Position numbers and translations under genes: made by a program. The notes under the pieces were generated by a model. That model was not told the DNA's origin. It worked only from the letters and a program-made list of their open reading frames with translations, and did not search any database. From a virus (lineage: Duplodnaviria > Caudoviricetes), in the IMG/VR virus record IMGVR_UViG_3300021255_002076, positions 7,148 through 71,147 of that record: a DNA stretch of 64,000 bases; one strand, 5' to 3'. Positions 33,901 to 39,868 of the stretch are shown here, in pieces; within the stretch, counting starts at the first letter, position 1; every line of letters begins with the position of its first letter.

Positions 33901-36900
33901 ACGCCGAATCTACACCTATTGCAGTACCGTATAATGTCGTTCCGCCAGGATTACAGGAGGAGCTTGAAAAGATTGGTGTTCCTATCGACTATGAGGGGAC
34001 CGCCGGATTCCGGTCTCTCCGGGATAGATATGGAATCGAAAAGTATCCGATAGGACAAAGAATAGCAGAAGAGGATACTGCTAGCTTTGGAACTACAGAG
34101 AAAGCTAATGGCCAAATAGGCATTGACTTTGATTCCGTCAATACACCGACGGTAAGATACTCCGCCTTATCTATCAACCCTGCTACCGCATACGACGCCT
34201 TCGGTGATGAAGTTGAAATTTCCAACACCAACCCTGAGGTAACTCAGTCCACGCTCTCCGATCAGATCTTCTACTCCGAAGACGGTAATACCGCTTACTA
34301 CCAGCTCGACACTGGTGAGACCGTAGTAATGGAGAATGTCGGCGAGAATTCTCTCGAAGCACAATACATTAATTCTTTGGAGGCAAGGAACAATGCCAAC
34401 AGTTCTAACACTACCGCAGCAAAACCTTATACAATACCTCCTGCAACTCGGAATGCCTCTGATGGATATAATAACGATCAATCGAATGATGGCTTACGAC
34501 GAGGAGCGGAAGAAGTTCCTGCGCAGAATCAAGAAGGAACACTTCGACGTACAGGAGATAATGCAGAACGCAATGAAGAGAGTGGACCGCAGGGTGAGAA
34601 GCCGCAAAGTCTGAGGACTCTGTACTCCGCAATCTTCGGACCGGATACCACAAACAACAAGGGCGACCGTACATTCGGTATCTACGACGCACTCGGTAAT
34701 AAGATCACTTCTCTTGATCAGTATCCCATGGCCTCGTTCGAACAGCTGGTTCTCATCAAAGCCAGAGATGGCGACATGGCAGATATCGAAAACCTGATTA
34801 ACGAATACTTCGAAGAGAACGGCCCGATATCCGGGAAGAGCTTCGATATCGTCCAGTCTTGGGTTGATGCGAAAGACGATCTCACGCCGGAGAGAAAAGC
34901 TGAAATTCACAGGATCATCGAAGAAGGCAGGAGAAAATATGGCTCACTGAAAAAAGGTAAAGACGACAGGAAGCCGGATGTTATTCTTCCTAAGAAGAAA
35001 GTAGGAGCGGATGGAACTGAGAGGAACATCCGTAAATTCGTTCAGACTGCGGCATCTAACGTGGAGAATGAACATCTCACGGAGCGTATGCTGTACGAAG
35101 GAATGACGAACGAGCTGCTCGGTTACCTGCCGCAATCCAATGCGGAGTCCCTGCAAAAGGCGAGATCTATTCTTTCCAACAACTTCAGCGGTAATCTGGA
35201 TAATGCCGCAGCGTTCTTTAAAAATATTGTCGAGTCCGGTAGACTGCCGAAGGCAGAGGAAATCGCTCTTGCAGAAATCCTGATCCAGGAATACGGCGCT
35301 GACCCGAACACCCACAGCAAAGCAACAAGGGTGATGGCAGACCTGGCTATCCTCGGCACAAGCTTAGGACAGGCTACACAGGCATTAGCCATTATTAAGA
35401 AGGCAACACCGCAAGGCCAGCTGTATTACCTCAATGGCGTTGTCCGGCATCTGAACTCTGTATACGAGAAACGAATTCAGAGCGGAAAGATGAAACGGAT
35501 CGAGCTGAAGCAGGCACTAGCCGAGAAACTTCTTGCAGCTGGTAACGGCATGAGTACTGAGGACGCCAGAAAAGAAATCGAAGCCATCATGGAAGAGATC
35601 AAGAATGACCTGGCCTCCCAGATCCCGGCAACACCGTGGGATAAGTGGAATGCATGGAGATACCTTGCAATGCTTGGTAACACCAGAACGCATATACGAA
35701 ATGTGCTCGGTAACGCAATGTTTGCACCCGCCGTATTCATTAAGGATATGGTCGCAAGACAACTTGAGCAAGTCCCCGGCTGGATTGATCCCGAGTATAA
35801 GATGCATATGCCCGGTGCTAATCTCAATGGCTGGCTGCTTAACAATGCGGACAACCCGTATGTACAGTTCGCCTACGACGATTACAAGGATATGCAGGAC
35901 GTCATCGGCGGAAAGAAAGCAGGGAACAAGTTCTCTGATGTAAGCGACATTATATCCAGACGGCGAATCTTCGATAACGACACACTGAATGCTCTGGAAA
36001 AAGGTAACAGTGAATTCCTCTCCAAGGAAGATACTGTGTTCCAGCAAAGGTATTACGTCCGCGCATTGGCCGAAGCACTACAGGCCAAAGGCGTATCTAT
36101 TGATGAGCTGAGTACACTCGGTACTACAGACGCAGGTAGAACGCTCCTTAATCAGGCAAGACAGTATGCAATGCAGCAGGCACAGCGGAATACCTACCAC
36201 GAGCTTAACACCTTTGCAATGGCGCTGAACAAAATGAAGGCGTCCGGTCCTGTACAGAATCTGCTGCTAGAAGGCCTTATGCCGTTCACCAGCACACCGT
36301 CCAACATCTTTGTACTTGGCGCACTCAAGTATTCTCCGATCACTCTGGTACGTTCGATCGTTCAACTGAGGAACGCACTCCAGAATGGAGAAGGGAATAC
36401 CATGCAGATCCTGGACGATATGGCCGCCGGTCTTACTGGTACCGGAGTCATGGTTCTCGGCGCTCTGTTGTCTGCTGCCGGACTGCTCCGTGGTGGCGGA
36501 CCGTCTGACGATGACGAGGATAAGTTCGAGAGACTGCAAGGACATCAGCCTTGGTCGATTGAATTCCCGTGGTTTGAAAGCGGAAAGAAGGCCAGCTTCA
36601 CGATTGACTGGATGGCACCTATGTCTATGCCGTTATTCGTCGGAGCTACATTCTATGAACTGGCTAGCGGAGAGATGGACCTGAGCGATCCCGCAAATCT
36701 GTGGAGAGCTCTGATGGGTCTTGCCGATCCTATGCTGTCCATGTCCATGCTGGATGGCCTTGAGAGCACACTCGGTTCTCTGTCCTACGCCTCTGAGACT
36801 GGCAGGATCTCCACGCTGCTCGCAGCTATGTTCACAAGCTACTTCGCGCAGGGTGTACCTACGTTATTCGGGCAGGTAGCAAGAACGTTTGACCCGGATA

Positions 36901-39038
36901 GAAGAGCGACGTACACTGACCAGAACAGTCCGGTACCCGGAGCTATTCAGAGGTTCGTTCAGAACTCTATTCAGTCCAAGATTCCCGGCTGGGAGAATCA
37001 GAAGATGGCATATGTCGACGCCTGGGGTAGAAAGGATACCAACGACAACATCTTCCTCAGAGCACTAGAGAACTTCCTGTCTCCTGGCTATGCAAACTTC
37101 GTTGACACGACCCCGGTAGATGAAGAACTCGAGAAGTTGTACAAAGCAACCGGAGATAATTCCGTACTGCCCGACATGCTTGCAAAGAAGTTCATGGTCG
37201 ATGGGGAAGTAAAGAATCTCACAGCAGATGAGTACGAACAGCTAATGACGGAGGCAGGCCAGCTTGCCCACAACATTCTTTTCGAACTGTTCACGGATGA
37301 CAGGTATGAAGCACTCGGTGATGACTTCGAAGCCAAGAAGAAACTGGTTGAACAGGCATTTGATTTCGCAGCTAACTTCGGACGATTCACAGTAGACGAC
37401 CACTTTGCACTGTCCTCTACAGAGAAGACGGCGAACCAGGTCGGGGCGGTGGACTACTTCCTTACTAAAGGACAGCTTCCGACAGCGTATTCAAACGATC
37501 AGTTGTTCCAGCTGCTCGTAACTGACCCGTACCTTTCTACCGACCAGATTGCCGACATGGTCGCTGCGGAGTATTCCGCTCCGAGGCAGATCAATAGCGT
37601 TGGTTCCACCGGTTATGTGTACGACATAACGGAGGAAGACAAGGCCGCAATCCGGGATATCTTTACAGAGGAAATCAGGACTGAGGTTCAGAAGCTGGAG
37701 AACGATCCTACATACCAGAAGGCTGATTCGAACGAAAGAGCCTATCTGCTGGATGATGCCTACGACCGCGCAAGAGAAGCTACCAAGACTCGTTACGGCG
37801 AAATACTGGATAGTTCCGGAAGGGCAAAGGATCTCGGCAGAGCTTCCTCCGTCGGTAAAGAGAAGTGGGGAGTAGCGATCAACGCCGATAAGACAATCCC
37901 CGAGCAGGCAAAGTATCTGTCCGATAGCTATACTGGAGACAAAACTCTGGATAATCCTGACAAAGCTGGTTGGGTTATTAACCTCGATGAACAGCAGCAG
38001 AGAGCGCTAAAGGGCAGATTCGCAGAAGCTTGGGAAAAAGACTATGCAGCTTGCCTGAATTCTAGAGCCTATCGTACGGCTGAAACAGAAGAAGATAGGG
38101 AAGCTATTGTAGCCGCCCAGTTTAATAAGACTGCGGATAGAATCGAAGAAGCCTATGCTCGAGAGCTTGGCAAAGATCGGAATGTAAGCCAGTCCCTCGG
38201 TGACATCAAGGCCGGGTATAACTGGAAAGAAGCCTACCAGATCGCTGTAGATAACTTTGACACAATCGAAGAGATGGCGGCATGGATGGCAGGAAAGATG
38301 ACAGGCGCGACAAGCATTGACAACCCGAACCAGGTTGGTCACAAGATGGTACTGGATTCGGCGCAGAAAGCTACCGAAGCAAGACACGAGCAGGAGAGAT
38401 TCTACGACGTGGCTGTGCAGATGATGAGCTCTCCGGAATTCAACGCCTTGTCCTTCGATGAGCAGGCAGGTGCGCTCCATGATCTTGAGAACGCAGTGGC
38501 TAACCTCGAAGAAGGAAAGTACGCGCAGTGGCTGCTGGACAACAACATGAGCTATGAGGATAAGCGGGATGTCTCATCCAGCAGGAATGAAGTATTCTTC
38601 ACCATGCTGTTCAACGACGGGCTCACAAAGCAAGAGCAGTTCGATCTGCTCGAGCAGAGGTACACGAGCAAAGTCGGAACGAGCATAAAGAACAACACTC
38701 TTAGCTACGTTGAACGGGCACACCGAGTCGATGCCTACATGGACTACATGGCCGAGAACTTCGATGCGTTTACGTCCAAGTATCTCACGTCCGAGCAAGA
38801 AGTTGAGCTTATCGAAAAGATGGCGGCAGCTTTCGAGGCAGGTCCGCATAAGAAAGCCATGAGTACATCTGGCAACCAGACCGCTGCTGACTTCGGTATT
38901 ACATCTAAAGTTACTGATGCCCAGGATCGTGCTAATAAGTCCGATCCGAACTGGGGCTTCAGTCGTTGGATGAATACGCCTCTCGACTTCAATAGAAGTC
39001 TGAATAGAGGCTATGTAATACCGCCCAACAGGTCCTGA
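21942..39038 (+). CDS. Giant (5698 aa) polyvalent / internal virion protein
   Basis: Single uninterrupted ORF. HEINH metallopeptidase motif at 29340-29354, several globular modules and an LPD38-like C-terminal region. Confidence 0.75.
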   Translation: MATERNKDLAFDPADVAISQAQGAARSSGYNFQMPGQSSAGTTSDSSGSKSGNFGFNFQMPGQNNSSSSSSRGTNTPSTVWQDTASSGSAGIPDVSTPSVDTETPAAPEKAHQDTVTDVTPVSEDKSGKAVFDGQTYTEQQEAQAKLQAEQEKAAEEHRKALDAKVAPPQKSYSGSNYDYDKFQGKTHELSINDKNERVYESIQAWADDVDPIYDDNANWYNGLIKMGDDGEGRYATYTSPEEREARAHEVENILFDINHALSNWDHFESIGYTETDKKALEAYRPIVQDTLSRISDYDAAMREYDDRDITELSEISANASATYAEALSIVEDAIANSNSKRDPNEDVWAMDATAMTGLIVETEEQKRSRAIANADLSKFAKEGETNEQTLERLRKESEVAAQDLQTIEDENKNIALSRKYMGNSSLADWQASYNDISSQISALAAGDTGANFGDAESRPGGVANGTLDLNEFGLIRKPDGTVAMTDTITIWDDDGTAAGSYVVIPTVVKDPETGDWKRLTKEEATAHYKESKTKDNKEGEHFGRFHDQKQANAYAREIRKEESAAHEEANALYEELDWLGTVINYNTAASLSDDELDRAIKDLNSASQGYGKVYGDGNISLPDRLSEVGVSREFGDAETTDAYESYVYHDIKTGQYVVIPAMIRDEEGNWNFATEADARAAYLQTGEHFGKYKSSKEAEAAMAALENEASDGRRIAAYWQGELDMLETSLAEINLQISYGNLSDDEEAELWDEAGKIEQSIRDAKANRAEALKTAGIPDGKTDFLSYAERQRLNAYQQVQASREANAFYQERIKPALEVDKTPGALEALIATAKGELGFTQSEYDSAFRRYKERALEEDEERFVREKLGDKDTATIDGIEYDEQELRDYYHNVYDGKLDDQSIEEAFLRENPEYSDFGLRGEFEKAKKEYEDTHIGVVAPAFEETEEGKRLLQEIDEKREEIETYKSFRDFVWKEQRDPEADEKVAAGKEFVDNIKAMWADVSENGNFDYTDYANATIDRALLNKALDNLSPYDKERALQYAEAFGINNVIPNPTWSFQELELFSYYMGSGDIDTALEYAKDQNKKYAGLTKMERQQAVLEYNKGMAEKAAYGETFGERVIGIGYTTAMQVLTGLPTALGVSSVEAIAYAYNANKTGKFGDLPISDRLSITEYSNLVQSGIAEVFDEVGKLDLGFTEITWGDVYRAVSSSIQSAETLAVGSAVGGAITSLLPEVAAALGGAEKAAELFTSMYTNFTFGGAAMTETIIDTYNRTGDMDSSILMGVMSGVAEGLFETVSLDLIFNMNPSTLTGLMLSVPLSGFIEGSEELNTGAFNNLMDDVICGQKSKWKTMQQELIDDYGRTPEEAEMIVKSRMRDELVKEGVIGAMSGMFMSAPRTASQGIHYASVGNSLIRNNAVEGTLNSIGDHLEDPAMQPPAVGQRNESGEARAEENAPRPVIPPKAQTETTASTEQSTETTPAPEVTERNESGEVRAEENGPKAPKTEAEKQVADILDSDKDVTRKQAKEIAQDQSLRDAFEQLTGTKLVGYISDMVKTIREASAARKTQAAETKTGSVEVENNLSRTGTPAPETNTGSPRRVVIPANEGRTGTVTVENSLSRTGTPQAEAPTGSLNLPTPENDTRTGSVEVENDLSRTQKEPVDFTAEDLGAEIEHKTVTTEELGERAADLYERVKGKWDAATKKAGDEAVRIQQEILGILQKAENGSLTKADERRLEQLKKEQSRATANMTGIAVELGMLLDSIKAADTELYNTIILENIDAMLRARPADALAALAGVQMKATQDAASMAYAYAKQEHPDALVLSEIGSQLTNTYGVPAETAEKIQLNLARILAGDARMSIKSIAAFVNSKDMQDDKTQKAVAGFIRNSLEQTTPELVSRFGNAFINNMTTGILTEILSSTWSFFRTANFNTARDVARQVSFMQTNEAESSNAEAIQTEQVKTPMPIPSADAVGMRQSLDDMMKARLQNATGTNEKFRMPIPKAAETSTESTAPEVKAEPPIANPNAGISLTAEEKQQVYEATIPASVQNLAGKQIVVGRKPYNIFSYANMRRAQDSTLSLDLVAEEFEMIMDGASPQAAKNTVAENHGLNTRAQTNAEATTQTTGTSTQNTATNTQAATNTQAKTNTASRTASAEDAIRINANLPWVTRQEYIGQQRALGKSPTQANQEFSLMMTRIENNEFGVGEVRHAAPVVTAAPATSKKANTGAKKNGTAKTGGTKAKRGGPKSASQAKYQQTEEHLESAISDLTQQYEALYNNSSRNETQLQAVETRLNTARQDLAILQARRRSFNGTTNTLSNEAPQRVGSTNDGGSAADVSTRAVESGGTGTSGQLGGNAGVPGANGRGTGERVNVYNTGDGESLYIENGQTVFDSDTDDSTVLTSEERTILEAAKKAGVGRVLFVMCDEFGLTIQPKGGELQSVAGILDPNGSKTLVFNLNEDHRHAFHEINHAILSSMSDTEKRTFLKGAMNKIFGRKAALKGKVQEYYASFNKNVYAALFNTDKPAFYDAINEEIFCDIAAIDGLDRMAQEDGQSYIADILPDLNKNAKQALEDWQKKTEKASESKKAGKSKKASKAKVEETLNDPVPDSSRRYTAADVRSEIDLTVSGTVSKDRAMPIEDRTWDDIIINDDGDEVTRAQFVARMMNGFRGTDGGFQLQERVNGGKAMDLFDATFMRQNQSETKFSVVRNVTDVRGRTYDTALKLEYPSEDDIFTDPEKFLEFFRENLAGHELTVFKDYEKETVYLGTDEDIAKPKGKRPYTALEELRWNTNQNTRLILLNAEEAAEVSYYDRLRDPDQDKGKHGDLDINGWDRRKFYVITRDNIIAPARLYIAKGKDGRNLVYNAAVNMKRGRAIDAEATARNNSAEHGPALSHGLSLASPEGYAAQTPLTTEGNSVARPYSALSSEPASAHPEDNRIPQGGEGVKSENVNTARQTRYSALDARHNEFAPVFYSKMQNVIEDWTANSGKKMPERMGAGSVVSWLKGKGVKDEEIKWSGIVPYLEGKKSVSRDELLQVMAENQFEIETVLFTQHGGKNAQYVNADTGEVYKSWEALYDAAEDIASDLGYSGWYTMARPYNETGVEIYLIDENAEDLSLLRADNPTASASGIDRIIQETTWGEYVLPGGLNYREILFRHPGLGYSNRAMRAHWSDVGSESDVLAHARIDDMKAKDGSSVLFVEEIQSDLHNAGGQSGFNQPLTAKEKAQLQRHDELEKKANDLYNRLYDDEELNARLRGVRDKLRNLRLIINSRLGAEDRVGWNLDSWLHSDDWPLARIEMSSEDQNEIIYQFLTDEEKDTLASFRGIYEEYKAAEREADNAPIPVQATNAPPDVPFAGSSDTYHEYVMKHLLRMAAEGDYNKIGWTTAQQQSDRWSDEYAEGYRIEYDQNLPKFMRKYGKQWGATVGSTVLENGEEVWSVDITPEMKEDVLYKGQTKFSARGTKQVSLDELQTAREEMLNLRDQLSDRKSDVDEWSRRIMDGEAEIDDYNKWLSDSGYNRLYMQEREATRRYTDLNRAYDEQQERANAEAEQNAIEQSGLSEAEYFGKEAVKVFGYTPYFYDAGYITPNGRMLNFSGEKGKHYGSRGQDHRSIGQIFAVTSGTEAMNRFINYGNIRLMAEAPGLDISANIEPTAEQYSRIRDFARSARDEDYFSIDLTGEDGRIIDTIEYESVNPTKIVNDLKTFYRTGEVPQQSVTEQFHSRFSALGTRQADAAEIAQGEVSDTKFSAHVSDQKTLDFLNSQLENREVTHTYKTFLEIVDEDGNVNLYPPMASMQKVEVKTKNGKTKTQKQMANAMRVGIWEESTGNPDSKNIIPDVYTDGPNKGEQKVDENGNKKWQYKLQKEDPDLSDVNAAYDPYQHSSNVVLNDQFESAWKRPRLVTYECIIPNSELTSGYWYGVTDPDKARRADGEVITAALPVGMHEWHKGVIAGNLTNTDRQVYMTRWLMPTRRMSNSEVARMYKDILDAESTPIAVPYNVVPPGLQEELEKIGVPIDYEGTAGFRSLRDRYGIEKYPIGQRIAEEDTASFGTTEKANGQIGIDFDSVNTPTVRYSALSINPATAYDAFGDEVEISNTNPEVTQSTLSDQIFYSEDGNTAYYQLDTGETVVMENVGENSLEAQYINSLEARNNANSSNTTAAKPYTIPPATRNASDGYNNDQSNDGLRRGAEEVPAQNQEGTLRRTGDNAERNEESGPQGEKPQSLRTLYSAIFGPDTTNNKGDRTFGIYDALGNKITSLDQYPMASFEQLVLIKARDGDMADIENLINEYFEENGPISGKSFDIVQSWVDAKDDLTPERKAEIHRIIEEGRRKYGSLKKGKDDRKPDVILPKKKVGADGTERNIRKFVQTAASNVENEHLTERMLYEGMTNELLGYLPQSNAESLQKARSILSNNFSGNLDNAAAFFKNIVESGRLPKAEEIALAEILIQEYGADPNTHSKATRVMADLAILGTSLGQATQALAIIKKATPQGQLYYLNGVVRHLNSVYEKRIQSGKMKRIELKQALAEKLLAAGNGMSTEDARKEIEAIMEEIKNDLASQIPATPWDKWNAWRYLAMLGNTRTHIRNVLGNAMFAPAVFIKDMVARQLEQVPGWIDPEYKMHMPGANLNGWLLNNADNPYVQFAYDDYKDMQDVIGGKKAGNKFSDVSDIISRRRIFDNDTLNALEKGNSEFLSKEDTVFQQRYYVRALAEALQAKGVSIDELSTLGTTDAGRTLLNQARQYAMQQAQRNTYHELNTFAMALNKMKASGPVQNLLLEGLMPFTSTPSNIFVLGALKYSPITLVRSIVQLRNALQNGEGNTMQILDDMAAGLTGTGVMVLGALLSAAGLLRGGGPSDDDEDKFERLQGHQPWSIEFPWFESGKKASFTIDWMAPMSMPLFVGATFYELASGEMDLSDPANLWRALMGLADPMLSMSMLDGLESTLGSLSYASETGRISTLLAAMFTSYFAQGVPTLFGQVARTFDPDRRATYTDQNSPVPGAIQRFVQNSIQSKIPGWENQKMAYVDAWGRKDTNDNIFLRALENFLSPGYANFVDTTPVDEELEKLYKATGDNSVLPDMLAKKFMVDGEVKNLTADEYEQLMTEAGQLAHNILFELFTDDRYEALGDDFEAKKKLVEQAFDFAANFGRFTVDDHFALSSTEKTANQVGAVDYFLTKGQLPTAYSNDQLFQLLVTDPYLSTDQIADMVAAEYSAPRQINSVGSTGYVYDITEEDKAAIRDIFTEEIRTEVQKLENDPTYQKADSNERAYLLDDAYDRAREATKTRYGEILDSSGRAKDLGRASSVGKEKWGVAINADKTIPEQAKYLSDSYTGDKTLDNPDKAGWVINLDEQQQRALKGRFAEAWEKDYAACLNSRAYRTAETEEDREAIVAAQFNKTADRIEEAYARELGKDRNVSQSLGDIKAGYNWKEAYQIAVDNFDTIEEMAAWMAGKMTGATSIDNPNQVGHKMVLDSAQKATEARHEQERFYDVAVQMMSSPEFNALSFDEQAGALHDLENAVANLEEGKYAQWLLDNNMSYEDKRDVSSSRNEVFFTMLFNDGLTKQEQFDLLEQRYTSKVGTSIKNNTLSYVERAHRVDAYMDYMAENFDAFTSKYLTSEQEVELIEKMAAAFEAGPHKKAMSTSGNQTAADFGITSKVTDAQDRANKSDPNWGFSRWMNTPLDFNRSLNRGYVIPPNRS

Positions 39039-39048
39039 AACGACAAAA

Positions 39049-39088
39049 CCCCCTACTACATTTCTGTAGTAGGGGGTATCTTTTTTTA
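39049..39088. terminator. Bidirectional terminator between convergent late and early modules
   Basis: CCCCCTACTACA-TTTC-TGTAGTAGGGGG, flanked by AAAA on the left and a T-tract on the right. Confidence 0.75.
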
Positions 39089-39101
39089 GGATAATCGCGC
39101 C

Positions 39102-39302
39102 TTAATTCCATTCGTGATCCAGAAATAAACGAAGTTCATCGTAGGAAAGGTCAGACTCGTCCTGCGCTTGATTAAGCCTTATCTTGTTTTCTTCTGTCTT
39201 ATACTTTTTATATTCTTCATAAGCAGATACAGACGCCATGAACTTCTCGCTCCTGATCTCAGCAAGCTCCTGATATTTTCTTATTATCTGTCTTGAGGTC
39301 AT
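39102..39302 (-). CDS. Hypothetical protein
   Basis: 66-aa ORF overlapping the stop of the upstream gene. Confidence 0.5.
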   Translation of the reverse strand: MTSRQIIRKYQELAEIRSEKFMASVSAYEEYKKYKTEENKIRLNQAQDESDLSYDELRLFLDHEWN

Positions 39303-39868
39303 TCGCTTTTCCCCGTAATGAACTCAGAGTGAGGAAGGGTTTCCATCCATGCACAGAACTTCCGCCATTCTGGCAAACGATGCTTTTTACGCTGCGCATA
39401 AATTGTTTTCAGTTGCCTGTAGTTTGTAGTCATCCGGGCAGTAAGACAGAATCCAGACGGAATGTTATAGATAATCTGAAGGAATAATTCTTCGGATGGA
39501 CATTCGTTGTACTTCTCAATATCATGCTTCAGCTGGCGCTTGGTGCATTCATACACATACTCATTGCACTGCTCGTCCAAATCGAATTTCATAATGCAGT
39601 GCATAGAACTCATGCTGGAAACAAACGATAGCCAGTTGTATCTTTGAGCTTCCGGCCAGGCTTTCTCGGACAGTGTTAAATCAAACTGCACGATAATGCC
39701 ATTTAAAAAAGTATCTTCTCCAGATCCTTTCGGAGCTTGCGCGAGTCGTAGAACAGTCTTGGTGATATCCGAATTACACTGCTCCGTGTCAGTAGCAAAC
39801 GGATACTTAGACGCTTTTATGGATTCGTCCAACCCATACACATTTACATTAGTTACTATATCCTTCAT
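39299..39868 (-). CDS. ThyX-like (divergent flavin-dependent thymidylate synthase fold) protein
   Basis: QRYNWLSFVSSMS resembles a degenerate RHRxxSxxxxSxR motif; also NYRQLKTIYAQRKKHRLPEW. Confidence 0.45.
   Translation of the reverse strand: MKDIVTNVNVYGLDESIKASKYPFATDTEQCNSDITKTVLRLAQAPKGSGEDTFLNGIIVQFDLTLSEKAWPEAQRYNWLSFVSSMSSMHCIMKFDLDEQCNEYVYECTKRQLKHDIEKYNECPSEELFLQIIYNIPSGFCLTARMTTNYRQLKTIYAQRKKHRLPEWRKFCAWMETLPHSEFITGKSE

Noticed and set aside
21942-39038. Intein or virion RNA polymerase inside the giant ORF
   Set aside because: No Hint blocks or polymerase catalytic motifs recognised by eye.
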